From Kondoa subrosea (taxonomy: Eukaryota): a stretch of DNA of 64,000 bases. Shown in pieces: positions 51,879-64,000 of this stretch. The position numbers were made by a program, and so were the translations under genes. How positions within the stretch are numbered: position 1 is the first letter of the stretch; each line of letters opens with the position of its first letter. Under the pieces are notes generated by a model. That model did not search any database, was not told the DNA's origin, and worked only from the letters and a program-made list of their open reading frames with translations. The stretch lies in NCBI GenBank assembly GCA_039545335.1, contig BCIN01000002.1:2324678-2388677 (forward strand). The letters run 5' to 3'.

Positions 51879-54475
51879 TTAGTCAGAATCTGATTCAGAC
51901 GTTGTGCCCTGTTCTTCGGCACTTTCTTCACTTCCACTTGTATCGTCCTCTTCATCCTCCTCGTCTGACTCATTTGCTATACGCTTGACACCTTTGCCTT
52001 GCATGATAGCTAACTGACCAGCAAGTGTATCTTCATCGGGTTCCGAAATTTCCTGTAAGGAACATCCGCACTTCTTAGCAATCATAAGACTGCAAAGCCT
52101 GGAATGTCCTCACATCTTCTTCTGCGCCTTCAGCTGACGTCAAAGCATCCAAACCTTTCACATCCATCTGATCCTTTTGTCAGTACAGTACCCAAAAGAC
52201 GACGACGCGAATACAACTCACCTGCATATCTTTCCTAATATCTGTACCAAGGTAGCAATCGCTCTTAACGTACATTTGGAAAGTGTAGAGTCCAGGATTA
52301 GGTGGAGCTTGAACGGTAAGTCGAAGTGTTCGAACAGCAGATTCACCAATATCGGAAAAATGACCGGGAGTGACATAGATCCGATCTAATTTGTGATCTG
52401 CTACAAAGACGTTCCATCCAGGCTTTCGGTTCTGTGGATTCCAAGCTGTATGACTACCTTCCGAAGAAGGTTCAATGACCAGAAACTCACGTTTGGGAAT
52501 CGAGGTGCATGAGCCCAATAATTCTCTTCTTCTCCATCTGCACCTTTAGCTTTCCTACCAATCAATTCATCGATGTTCTGTTCAGCAGCTTTGACGATTT
52601 GAGCAGGTTTGATTAGATCATGTTCTCCCGTCGAGAAATGATCTTCCGAAATACCATTGGGCTGTAAATTGTGCTTTCGAGGTGGACTGACTTTGACTTT
52701 GACAACTAGCTGAACGATAGAGCCAACAGTAATGATTCGTTCGCCAATAACTGTCATCAGGAAGACATGATCAGCTTGCTAACAAGCAATCAAGTACCGC
52801 CCTACTGACCTTGAAAGACTGCATCGACCAATTCCAACTTAGGCCAGCGAGAAGCGACATTTTCGGCCTGTTTCCTTTCCTTTGCACTAACATCAGCCAA
52901 GATAGATCCTTTAGCTGATTCAGGTGCATTGACGAATTCTTCAATAGTCTGAACATTGGATGTCGATCGAGTGATGAGCGGTAGATATGGCAACTGATTG
53001 ACTGTAGGTAAAGAAGGATGTAAAGCTTGAACAAGAGCTTCTTGTAAAGTTGAAGTAGCGAGATAAGGTTTCAACCAGCTGTGAGCGAGAATGATGTTCC
53101 CAAGTGCTGTACAGAGATGATGTGCTTTGCTGACTACTTGTTGTTTGACTGTCAAAGCCAAATTCTTCACATCAGATGACTCTGATTGAGAATTCTCTGG
53201 CACTGACCTCTGAGTAGTGCAACATCGTTGATCGGGACCCGCAATAGATGAGCATAAATGAGAACAGCAGCCTTCTTGCAGTAACTGCGAGCATAAAGCG
53301 ATCCTTCCAGCTTCTCACCGCAAACCACCTTCAATTGTTCTTTAACCTGTGCTTCTAATCTATCGAAAGCGGAGCTTTTCATAACGGCTTTAGCCTTCTT
53401 CGATGACAGTAGGAGCCTCAATTCTTCTGCTGCAGCAATGATAGAGATAGCTTGAGCGAAAGTAGTTTCTTCTTTTGCGTTAAGAAAGAAGAGAGCAGCT
53501 GTTGAATTCAGGACTCGATCTTTGGTGTATTTCTTGGTTCCGTACCACCATGAAGACTGTACAGGTGCTCTCTCATCATCTGTACAGACAGAACACCGAG
53601 GAGCAGACGTACAACACCATAAGGCAACAGAATACCAAACAACAGAGCGTAGACACCAAGAACGTAGATATTGTTCTTCGACTCGATAATAGATTTAGGG
53701 ATAGCAATACCCATAGCAAAGTCTTGCTTTCCATCAGGATGGCCGTAGAGTTCAAAGTTGCGTCGAATGGTTTCATCAGTCAATGATTTATAGGCTTTGG
53801 TCAATTCAATGTAATGAGTGTCGACTTCTTCCTTGGTCTGATTTTCGGCTAGCTTGATTTTGTCAGGATGACTGTCGCGATATTCAGCTGCTGCATACAG
53901 GTTTGACATCAAAAGACTTACAATTTGATAGATAGCTTCTTATAGTGACGCTTGATGTCTTTCTCGGTAGCTCCCTGTCGGCGATAGTCAATGGCCTTAG
54001 ATAACGATTCATCCGCGACCAGTAACATCACTGACCGTCTTGATGCCCAAAATCTCAAACGGATCATACACAATACCATTGAATCTGATTTGCGCAGCCT
54101 GATAGCTCAATACAGCAAGATACGCCCAACCGAGAGCCAAGACAAAATGACGCTTCTTCAGACCACTTGTACTGCTCTTGCCTTTGCGAACATCTTGATC
54201 TTTGGCGTTCCAACCTTCGCAAGGCTTTTTGCTTTCGCTGACGCGGTTGTCTGTACGTGATATGGTTCTATGTTAGCTGTGAAACAGCAGCAGGACCAAT
54301 TACACGCACCAGATTTCAGAGTATTGTAAGTCCATGGAAGCAGAACGAGGACCAGAATCGTCAAGACAAAGAACTTGTAGTTGCCTGCCATATGAAGAGT
54401 ACAATCAGCATCCTTGCGTCAGTTGCGTGAGGCGCAACGAGGACCTTGCTCATCGTAGGTATAGCCAGCTGCCAT
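51879..54475 (-). CDS. SEC63: Translocon J-protein Sec63
   Basis: YTYDEQG N-terminus, TMs, J-domain YDPFEILG...HPDK...YKSLTDE...YGHPDG, Sec63/Brl domain, AHAPRFP, SDCYLGTD, acidic tail. Confidence 0.96.
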
Positions 54476-55164
54476 ATTGACTTCAAGAAAGTACGCTCAA
54501 ATCCTGAACAGAGGCAGTAGCTAGCTGCAGCCTGAGCTTCGCGTGGTAGAGAGAGCTGAAAAGTAGCTCTGTACAGCAAGACCTGAAGGTCGATGTTCGC
54601 TGACGACCCTTCGTTTTGCAAATCTCAAGCTTGTTCTTGAACAGCTCTAGCTCGAGGTGTATACCACTCTATTCACTGCCGCACACCCTGCTCAGAGTCT
54701 TTCTGCTTTTTATGCTTTTACTTTTCGCGTTATATTGGATTTGTCTTCGAATTGACTCGTCTCGAATAGCTTGCATTCGTACTCTCAATCATAGCCTTAT
54801 TTTCCGCGCGTTTCGACGCAAGATCTGTTGACGCTTTTCTATGTCTGCGACTGATGAAAATTCGCGTCGACCTTTACTTTTGGCTTTGAAGCGCATTGCA
54901 TGCTATGTAATCTACTTCGATGTAAATCGCGAAGCGTGCTGCATCTTCCTCTGGTTTCCACTTACTCGCTCATAATGAGCTCAGCGCGGAAGTTTGCCCT
55001 TGAAGCATGTTCCTTGGACTCATTTCGGCCAGTAGAATCTATATTTTTGTCCTGGAATGATGCGATTGTGGAGCCAATCAGATAATCATAATGCTCTTCT
55101 CCAGTTTGCCTTTTTTATTCCCTCTTCCTCCCCTGTTCACTGCTTGTTTGCAATTCCGACAATT

Positions 55165-57198
55165 ATGCGAAACACATTCATTCAGTTAATCATCTTGGTT
55201 GCAACATGCTTTGCTGCCCCAATCCAGGATATGGAATCCTTTTACAAGACATCCAATACCGGTCCAGCAGCAAGCAACGATACGAATCCCAGGTTCGTCC
55301 GGACCTGATCCGTCCAGTGTAGAGTTCGAAAGCTCAATTCTCCTTTACTTGTTATGTCAGCTTCCTGGACAAGTTTGCTCAGAAAGGCGTAACACCTGAA
55401 CCTATTCGTGGCGATCTAGGAGGCTACGTCTTGTCCGGAGCGAGCAATGTCGAGATAGATGAACAGAATCCAGATCTTCTTGCTCCTCCTTCGACTGACG
55501 TAAGCATCTCTTGCTTCACTATCAGGTACAATGAAGCTGATACGGAAAGGCGACGCACAGGCTGGTAGTGTTCGGAACGCTAAATGGCCTTTCTCGCTCA
55601 GTCACAATCGGTTGGAAGATGGAGGTTGGGCGAGACAGCAGAATATCGACGTCTTACCGAGTGCTGAGGGTATAGCTGGTGTAAATATGCGACGTGAGCT
55701 TTACGTATTGTCTGACTTTGGTGTCGACTAAGCTCTGCCGCGATTCTGATAGTGAAACCTGGTGCCTACCGAGGTCTGTCTTTGCTCTTTGTACTGCTAC
55801 TCTGTCTGATAGCGATAGTAGAGCTTCATTGGCATACTGGCAAGTCAAATTTCGTCATGTTCAGGCTAGCTAAACCAATCATACTCGGTAGCAAACGAAT
55901 GGGCTTTTGTGCTCAAAGGTTCTGCAACTGTAGCCGTAGTGAACACGGATCCGAGCGGACAGAATTTCGCTGCTGGTCTGTCATCTAGCTGCCTGAGAGT
56001 CTCGATATTGAATTTGGTCTTACCAGATGTGGAGGCTGGCGATCTTTGGTTCTTCCCTTCAGGCATTCGTCAGCCAATATACTGTTCTTCTCTATCCTTG
56101 AGCCTGCTAATACTCTTATCTAGCTCACTCAATCCAGGCGAATGATCCCGATATAGGCATCGAATTCATCTTGGTATTCGATCAGGTAAAACATGAGGAC
56201 AGCTGCGCTGAGGTGAAGCTGACATGTCATATATGTCACAGGGCGACTTCGACGAGAATGACACCTTCCTTGTTTCTGACTGGACTGCTCACATTCCTAA
56301 AGGCGTTCTGAATAAGAACTTTGGCTACGATGAGAACTCCACAGCCTTCAGTGACATACCTGGCGAGGAACTCTATATTTGTATGCTCTTATCCCTCTCA
56401 GCACATGGTTGTACTGAAGCATGGCACAGTTGAAGCACCTTCTCCCGGACCAGTCAGTCAGCAAGACGTACCGAATGCTCCAGGAGGTCGAACAACTGAN
56501 GCTTACACCTACTCGTTCTCGAAAGTGCAGCCAATGCAGGTCAGTCATGATCAATCATATCTTTCTCTNNTTGGCAAACTGAGAAGGTGATTTACAGCTC
56601 GAAGGTGGCACTGTAAAGATTGCAGATAGCACGAACTTCAACGCCTCGCAAACTATAGCAGCAGCAGAGTTCACTATTCAGCCAGGAGGTTGGTCGGCAC
56701 ATCAATCGAGACGTCAAGTTCGCCGCTGATCTTTTGACTAGGTATGCGTGAACTTCACTGGCATCCTAATTCCGATGAATGGGATTACTTCATTTCTGGA
56801 AACTTTCGCGCTGGTCTCTTTGCTGCAGGCGAAAACACTCGTACTTTCAACTTCCAGGCGGGAGATGTTGGATATATTCCAAAGGAGTAAGGTCCCTCTA
56901 CCTTAGCATCTATTTGGCTGAACATTCGACAACAGCTACGGTCATTATATTGAATGCATAAGTTCAACCCCTTGTCATTATCTGGAGATCTTCAAGGCCC
57001 CTTCAGTAGAAGAGTGAGTGCACTGGCAACTCTGTGATCGATCCCAACGTGTTTCTTCCCAGCGTCTCGCTCCAACAATGGATGGCTCTGCTGCCTGGTC
57101 ATGTAGTGAAAGATACTTTACGCGTTTCTCAAGATGTTTACAACAAGATGGACAAGACAAAGAAATATGTTGTAGCGGGTAGCCCGTCAGTGAGCTAA
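55165..57198 (+). CDS. oxdC: Secreted oxalate decarboxylase (bicupin)
   Basis: Signal peptide; PEPIRG, QNPDLLAPPSTD, GGWARQQN, RELHWH...EW, GDLWFFPSGIPHSIQ, MRELHWHPNSDEW, GHYIE; two Mn-binding cupin motifs. Confidence 0.95.
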
Positions 57199-57340
57199 GT
57201 GCTGGACCGTCAGGCGTGTAATTGCTGCTGCGGCAAGAAAGTGGTCGTTCTATAAGCGCAGTTTGAATAATAATGAAGGAAGAAGAAAGCAATGCAATAC
57301 AATACAATATGCCCACGTGCGAAAGCTACCTTTGCACGAA

Positions 57341-58722
57341 TCATCTCTCCAATCCATAGATATAATCGGTCTGACTCGATGCGGGGATATCCCTTACATC
57401 CTTCAATTTGCGGAGGAACGCTCTCTTCTTAGTTGTGGTGCACGTGCCAAGATAAGAGACAGGTAGTCCGGGATGTAGTTCAAGGTCTAAGAAATGCTTG
57501 TGACATATTTTGACATGCAAGACTTCGTGACAGCCGGTACAGAACGATTGAATGATGTCAGTTGTAATCATGCCTGGAGCAGCGGGACGCACCAAGTCAT
57601 GGGGAGCTTCTCCGAACGACAAAGAGTTCATCATCGCAGACTGGTCCGGTCGGTTTGCTAAATACTTGATGCCGTTGTGCGTAAAGTTCACGCCAAAAGT
57701 TTGCACCAGGTCATGAACATCAGCGGTCTGAATCAAACTGGCATGGATGCTTTTCGAAGGAATCTGGCAGGATAAGTACCTTTGCGTCACCCAAAGCTCT
57801 CTGCGCTTGAACATAGGCGTGCATTTGGTTGACGTCTCCATGAAGTATATGCACATCACCAACGGTAGTCACTGCTGCACGAGCAGGGGGACGATAGAGA
57901 CACTGGCGCTCTCCTTCGCGCTCTCCTTCCAACATATATGGCAGTCTATAGTAAGCCTATTCGATGATCAGCTAAGCTACGATAACTCGAGGAGACTGAA
58001 CCTTGACTTGATCTGGGGTGTATACGAAATCTTTGTCGTTTCTACCTCTAATGTTATACTCCTTTTCCAAATTCGTAATCATCACTACCAGAGATTGAGC
58101 AGTGCAACTTCCATCGGAAAATAGGGCTGTATGGTTTCGGTCAACTCAAATCTGATAACCCGAGTCACCAAAACATACACGTTGAGCTTCCAAAATCAGG
58201 TGCATAGCATGTAAGAACAATTGGAAATGGTCAAACTCGCCGCTGTGATGGCATTCCTTGGTCGGCGGACCTCGCACGCGACTGATCCTCTTCTTCTCTG
58301 CAGCAATCGACGTAGCTTTTCTCCTGTACGTTTCAAGTGCACGCTTAGCAAGAAGGTAAGAGCTGTGCGATAGACAGAAAGAGCATTGGCAAACCTTTGC
58401 TCGGCCAGTATCGTAGGTAACATTGACCGTTATGATTGAGCTCTCACGAGCTTGACTGAATTTGCGGTTTAGTTCTTCAGCCAACTCAGCAAATTCCGGT
58501 CCGTCTTCACTCCATCGTGCGTTACCTCTTCTAATAAGCTGTAATCCAGATGTCAGGCGTGAGAGTACTGCTTCAGCTTAAACGTACAGCATCGCCTAGA
58601 ATTCTATCTTTCTCCCATTGGAGGCCCAACGGGATACCCTACAAATACATGAGCATGAAAGTAGAAGGCAAGTTTCGACAAACAGTAGAAGAGAGGAACT
58701 GATCTGTAATTCGAGGGACCAT
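57341..58722 (-). CDS. Hypothetical multi-exon protein (weak ADP-ribosyltransferase-fold resemblance)
   Basis: Canonical introns, one GC donor and an 8-nt micro-exon give a continuous frame from MVPRITDQF to ...YIYGLER*. No confident family call. Confidence 0.6.
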
Positions 58723-59202
58723 ATCTGGCTCACAGCAAGATTCAAGAAGTATAGAACGATAAAGATCCAAAGCTGATGAAGATGACCGTAGCAGAAAGAG
58801 AGAGGAAAGAAGCAAAATTCCGAGTTTTGATCAAGGTCACACTGCCTCGTTGCAGAAATCAGTCTTGATCCGACTAGACCACGATACGCATCATTCGAGC
58901 AAGAAGGTAACAGCCGAGGTAGTCACGAGAATCAGAGCAGGATAGAAGTCAACTTGAGTTCATAGTCAAATGAAGAAGCTGACTTCGAATCCACTGCTTT
59001 CCGGAGGCAATCGCTTATCTCTTTTCGATAGAGAAGCTATGCTCATTTTTATAGCAATATGAAAGCAACCTGTACGGGGGAAACTTCAGCTATTTGATGG
59101 TGACTGAGATCGAAACATACCTTGTCCTCATGAGCTGATGATAAAATCGAGAGTCCCCTCGAGGCTATGCTATCCATCTCTTGCTGTCAATCTAGCTACA
59201 AA

Positions 59203-59704
59203 CTATAGAAGCGGCATACGATATTGAACAAAATCGCTCTTGGCCTTTGTCGCGTCGTACATTTTCTTGCCATCGTGATTAGTAACATGCATAGTCCAAT
59301 CTAGTCTATTCCCAGAATCATGAGCTTGTAAACGCCGTTGCGATTTCAAGCAATACTCACCTGATGCAACCTGCTTCCCTCGCTTTCACCTCTACAGCAT
59401 CTACCAAAGCTCTACCTAGTCCCATTCTCCTTGCATCCGGATGAACAAAAAGATCATTCATTGTAGCTTGAGGTCTCTCAGACCAAGGATTATTGAAATG
59501 AACAAAATAATGAGCCATACCAACCATCTTAGATTTAGAGTCTTTGGCTACCAAAGCATGAGAAGAAGAAGAAGAGAAGAGCTTATCGAAAGTCGTGCGG
59601 TATTGCTCAGTAGGTAGAACGGTTTGAAATTGCTTCATCATGAGAACACAGAGTGCTTGCCATTCTTCAAAATCGGATTCTTTGAGAGAAGCGATCTGTA
59701 TCAT
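59203..59704 (-). CDS. GNAT N-acetyltransferase (Hpa2/Hpa3-like)
   Basis: MNDLFVHPDARRMGLGRAL (motif A), R|LDWTMHVTN...KMYD...FVQYR; single intron. Confidence 0.88.
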
Positions 59705-60082
59705 CTCTTATAAATGTATCGGCGTATGCGGAAACAGCTGCTCAAGCAAGGTCAGTCGGGACGGCAGTGTTGGATCCATATCCCAAACTTACATGAAGTC
59801 AAGTCAATGCACAGGTTCTTTGCGCTCGGTAGGATGCTGTGTCGTCTGATGGTCGCTTACAGACGAGATGAGCCTTCAATATATCCTTGTACTCGTGCAG
59901 GGGAGATCGCTGTGAGAAGAGACTGGCGCGATATCACGACAGAACTAGACACAGAATCTCGCAGGCTTGAGTGAATGAGCGGAGTATCCTGCAGCTGATA
60001 CGAGACTATTAAGTGTGTTGGCCGCTTGCAGATAAGCCCTGCTTCAGAATGACATCGCGATTGCTCTCTTCTGTCAGCAACG

Positions 60083-61546
60083 ATGGCAGCACGAATTCTT
60101 CCTAGACTAGCTCGATGCGCTCCAGCTACGGCAGTACGTTGACTCAGATGCTATCTCTCGATTTCCTGTCTTGATCCCCCTTCTCAAACAGCGCAGGCAA
60201 TACGCAACTTCAGCTAGTTCGACATCATCTCAATTGCCTCTGATTTTGGGTGGTGTGGCACTTGTGGCTGGTGGTGGATACTGGTACACTTCAGGAGGAA
60301 AGATTTCACCTAAAGATGTCAAAGATCTGGAGCACAATATGGCAGAGAAAGTTAAAGTGCGTCAATACATTCGCATTCGTATCAATCGATGCAGAGGCTT
60401 ATATTAAGCTATTATAGGCCGTTGCTGGTTATACTTCTACAGATTCCACTCCTCTAATTACTTCCGCTTTGGATCCAAACGAGTTCCGAGAATTTACTTT
60501 AGCTGAAGTTATTCCTTACAACCACAACTCAAGTCGCTTTGTCTTCGATCTTCCAGAAGGAACGGATAGTGGATTGAAAGTCGCTTCCTGCTTAGTCACA
60601 AAATCAGCAGACGGTTCATTGAAGGATGATAAAGGCAAAGATGTCATCAGACCGTACACTACAACTACTGCTCCTAACGAGAAAGGCAAGCTTGAGCTTT
60701 TGATCAAGAAATATAAAGGTAAGCGCTATGCGCTGCACAATCAGATTGTGTTGATTATTGATTGGCTGCGATTACAGATGGCAAAATGTCTAGTCATATC
60801 TTTGGCCTGAAACCTGGTGATAAGCTAGCGATGAAAGGACCTATTCCAAAATATCCTTACAAGCCAAACGAATTTGAACAAGTCGCTTTCATCGTCGGCG
60901 GATCAGGTAGGTGTTCAGGTCAGGTTATAAGCTTCGGGGCTTATCGCTCTGTGGTGAATCCCTACAGGCGTCACTCCAGCTTGGCAAACTCTACAAGCTA
61001 TCGACGCTAACCCAGAAGATAAGACTAAAGCTACTTTGATCTTCTCAAATGTAACGGAAGAAGATATTCTGCTGCGCAAGGAATTCGAAGCACTAGCAGC
61101 TAAGAAACCGGATCAATTCAAGGTCGATTAATCTATGATAAGCTCATATTCGAAAGATTGCTTAAACAACAATATAGATTGTCTTCACTTTGGACAAGCC
61201 TCCAAAATCATGGACTGGTCCATCAGGCTATGTATGTGCTCACTGTTCTTTCTTCCAAATGAAAGTAAGACTGAAATCTTTTCTTTTCCATTTAGTTGAA
61301 CCATGAAATACTGGCAAAGAACCTTCCTGCAGCTGGAATGGCGGATAAGATCAAGGTCTTCGTCTGTGGTCCTCCAGGTCAAGTTAATGCAGTTTCTGGC
61401 GGTAAGAAATCGATGAAAGATCAAGGTCAGTCTTTTTTCCAGTCGTATTTGGCTCTTGATTGAAGTTTTCTGTAAAACTTTAAGGTGAACTCAAGGGCTT
61501 GTTGGCGGATCTTGGTTATCAGGCTTCGCAAGTGTACAAGTTCTGA
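60083..61546 (+). CDS. MCR1: NADH-cytochrome b5 reductase 2, mitochondrial
   Basis: Presequence + TM, YNHN, RPYT, KGPIPK, GGSGVTP, VCGPPG, QGELKGLLADLGY...VYKF*. Confidence 0.95.
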
Positions 61547-61722
61547 GGTGTTCATGTCGATCTCAAAGCTGAAAGGGTGCAAGCATGGGTGTTCTATCAA
61601 TCTGTTTCTCACTTGAACTGATAGAAACGTGTGCATGCCAATGTTACATATATTTGACAAATGATCGAAAGAAAAAATAGTTAAAAGTTTCCACCTATGC
61701 AACTCACGTTACCCTTTTTCAA

Positions 61723-63743
61723 TCAATCCTCTTCTCGCCGCCTCACTTCCAATTCCGGTCTAGAAGCAAAGAGCGTCCGAAACATGTTTGTGAATGCACC
61801 ACTTGAGCCTTGTTGACTTGATGAGGGCGGTGATGAGGGAGAAGATGATGTTCGACCTTCATATCGAGGGAAGGACCCTGACTGAAACTGAGCCCACGAG
61901 TCCCCTACCATAGCCTCTGCAACCTTTAAGCAAGCAGGACACCATCAGATAATGATACTCAAGAACTATTTGTGCCTAGCTTACTCCTGGTGCATAAGTC
62001 TGTTCAGAACAGCCCCCGCTCAGCCAGAGATCATTCTAACCCGAAGAAAGTACGCACATTCGGATCAACCATATTATAAGCAGGAGGTTCTTGTACTCTT
62101 ATGGGTCCAGGCGTACTTTCACTTGCAGAAGGAGTAGGTGGCGGTCTATCATAATTTGCTGTTCTCAGTATCTCTTCAGCATCTGACTCTTGTTCTTCAG
62201 ATGTGTTTTGTCTTCTTCTTCGATTGAAAGGGTTGAAAGCGTTGAAAGGACCTAGAGAATGAAGTGAGATGTCAAGAAGGTTTGGCGTAGGGGGATTGTG
62301 TGGTAGATCTTCTTCATCTTCCGATAATGTTCTTTGCGCTTGTGGTGTTGCTGCTATAGGCGACTGTACACCAAGAACCGTGGGAATCAGCCAAAGCTAA
62401 TCTATCCGCGAGTTCCAAACGCACCTGCTCAGAATCAGACGCATCCGATCCACTTCTTGATGACACAGAACTCCTTCTTGCTGTTCTCAACGGTGATGGT
62501 ATAGCTGGAGCAGAAGAAGCTACTTGCTGTTGCTGATGACTTCTTCTGGAACTTCTCCTTGACGGCACTGTAGGCGTTGTCGGTTCCTCCGCCGATGATC
62601 TTTGATGACCATTCAACAAGCCAGCCGCTTCCAACAGTATACTGCCTCTCTCACTGCCATAAGCTGGAGGAGGAGCCAAAGTTCCAATTGTCGGAGCCAA
62701 ACCCCATTTCTTTACATTAGCTTCAATAAAGACGAAACCCGCTTGACCCAAATTAACATGAATTGAAGCTGGTCCATCCGCACCGACAGTAGGAAACAAG
62801 TTGTACCGATTCAAACCGACATAAGCATCTTCCAATTTTTTCCCATTCCGAGTAAAGAAAACCGCTCCTGTTCTAGGTCTGTAACCAACACCTATTACAT
62901 CCCCTTCCAACAATGATGGACCGTAAGAAGAAGCCGTGAAAGGATAATTATGAGCTTTGGTACCATCTTGACTGAAATAACCGACTGAGAACTTGTTCCA
63001 ACCTGGTAATCGAAAAGAAGGGAAAGGTTTAGTTGCTAATCCAATAGCAACATTGGTTGTCAAAGGTTTCTCATACAGCTTCGCTTCCCAATAATAGACT
63101 TCGTTGAGTTTCGGTAATGGTAAGTTGGACTGAACGCATGCTCCTCCACCTTGTTCTGGCAGCATATCAAGTCCATCAGGTAGAAAGATGATTTCTGTTC
63201 TAGATTGAACCAGTAAAGGAGGATTGGATTCATAATCTGGTTCGAATGACCAAGCTGAGACGCCTTTTTCTTGTATGGATAAGAACTGGGATAGAGTGAT
63301 ATCAGTAGGCTGAGAATTAGGTGGATATTGATTTTGCCAGGCTATTCCATTGTAATCCTTCTTGAGCATTTCTCACGATGCATAGGAAATCATTTCAACG
63401 AACCTTTTGCTCGACTATAACCCGCTTTGACTGGTTCTTCCACATTAGCCAACCATCTCGACTCATCTCCATCCATATCCAATTCCTCCTCTCTACCCAA
63501 ATCCAATGGTCCATCACTATCGTTCTCACCTCCCATCAATTGAATCCCCCGACCGCGTCTTCGAGCTAGAATGATAAAGATCAAGAAGAGTAACAGAAGA
63601 AAGAGCAGGGAGGATAAGAGGATGAGAATAGGTAGAAGAATAGCGAGCGTTTGATCTGATGGAGCTCGATTCATACTTAGTTTGAGAGACATGCTGCTAT
63701 CTTGCGGCTGCTGCGACTGCATTTGCTTGATTGAGTCTTCCAT
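61723..63743 (-). CDS. SSH4: SPRY-domain membrane protein Ssh4 (Rsp5 adaptor)
   Basis: N-terminal TM, IQEKGVSAWSFEPD, YYWEAK, FRLPGW, GDVIGVGYRPRTG, FIEANVKKWGLAP, two PPAY motifs. Confidence 0.92.
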
Positions 63744-64000
63744 ACTTGTGAACCAGAGTATAGTAGCAAGCCGAGGAGAGGGAGATGTGGAGATATTGAA
63801 TCAGCTGGCAGCTCAGTTCGCAATTCTCCAAGACGCCGGAGTCATGCACGTCCCAAATGTGATCGCTGGTGTGGTATATATGTGAGACTGTAGCTATGGT
63901 ATAGAGCCAGACAACGGAAGATATATTCGGGAGCAGTGTTCGGTTTGCGGTCAAAGGGGGAGCCAGAATCAATCGCAAGCACTTTCATTCGTTATCGGCC

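Noticed and set aside
56500..56570. Three N bases in oxdC
   Set aside because: Assembly ambiguity (one codon third position, two intronic); no evidence of pseudogenisation.
58050..58085. PARP-like FGKGV followed by a stop in an alternate frame
   Set aside because: Not in the frame supported by the flanking splice sites; probably chance.
59170..59205. Readthrough of the GNAT stop to a cryptic PTS1 (ARL codons downstream)
   Set aside because: The stop is TAG-TTT rather than TGA-CTA, and ARL is not followed by a stop.
1..64000. Transposons, tRNA/rRNA genes, alternative genetic code
   Set aside because: No transposase/RT motifs, terminal repeats or cloverleafs recognised by eye; in-frame stops in the conserved genes I traced are explained by introns. 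Small ncRNAs could still be missed without a covariance search.

Overview
Gene-dense, intron-rich eukaryotic DNA from a fungus, most likely a basidiomycete. This is inferred from short (~45-70 nt) GT-AG introns with CTRAY-type branch sites, many micro-exons and fungal-type genes. The supplied ORF track shows only exon fragments, so I assembled gene models by hand from splice signals; internal boundaries are predictions. About 30 protein-coding genes are visible. Most are housekeeping: hybrid histidine kinase, eIF4G, VLCFA ketoreductase, JMJD4, BAP31-like, Nsl1, acyltransferase, THOC7, SPT16, EZH2, Chs7, mitochondrial bL34, thiolase, Amt, RRP3, TSC1, Xaa-Pro aminopeptidase, SEC63, oxalate decarboxylase, GNAT, MCR1 and SSH4. 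I found no transposon, tRNA/rRNA or CRISPR signal. The most unusual element is a ~971-aa secreted protein (15247-18659) in which all nine introns are phase 0. It carries six copies of a 26-aa amphipathic motif, one per exon, followed by six Cys/His modules. Other highlights are an EZH2 with a micro-exon-shattered SET domain and an NH-to-NA motif change, a SnoaL/NTF2-like gene almost invisible to the ORF track, a possible degenerate ADP-ribosyltransferase-fold gene, 4-8 nt micro-exons, and a long AUG-free spliced leader on eIF4G.
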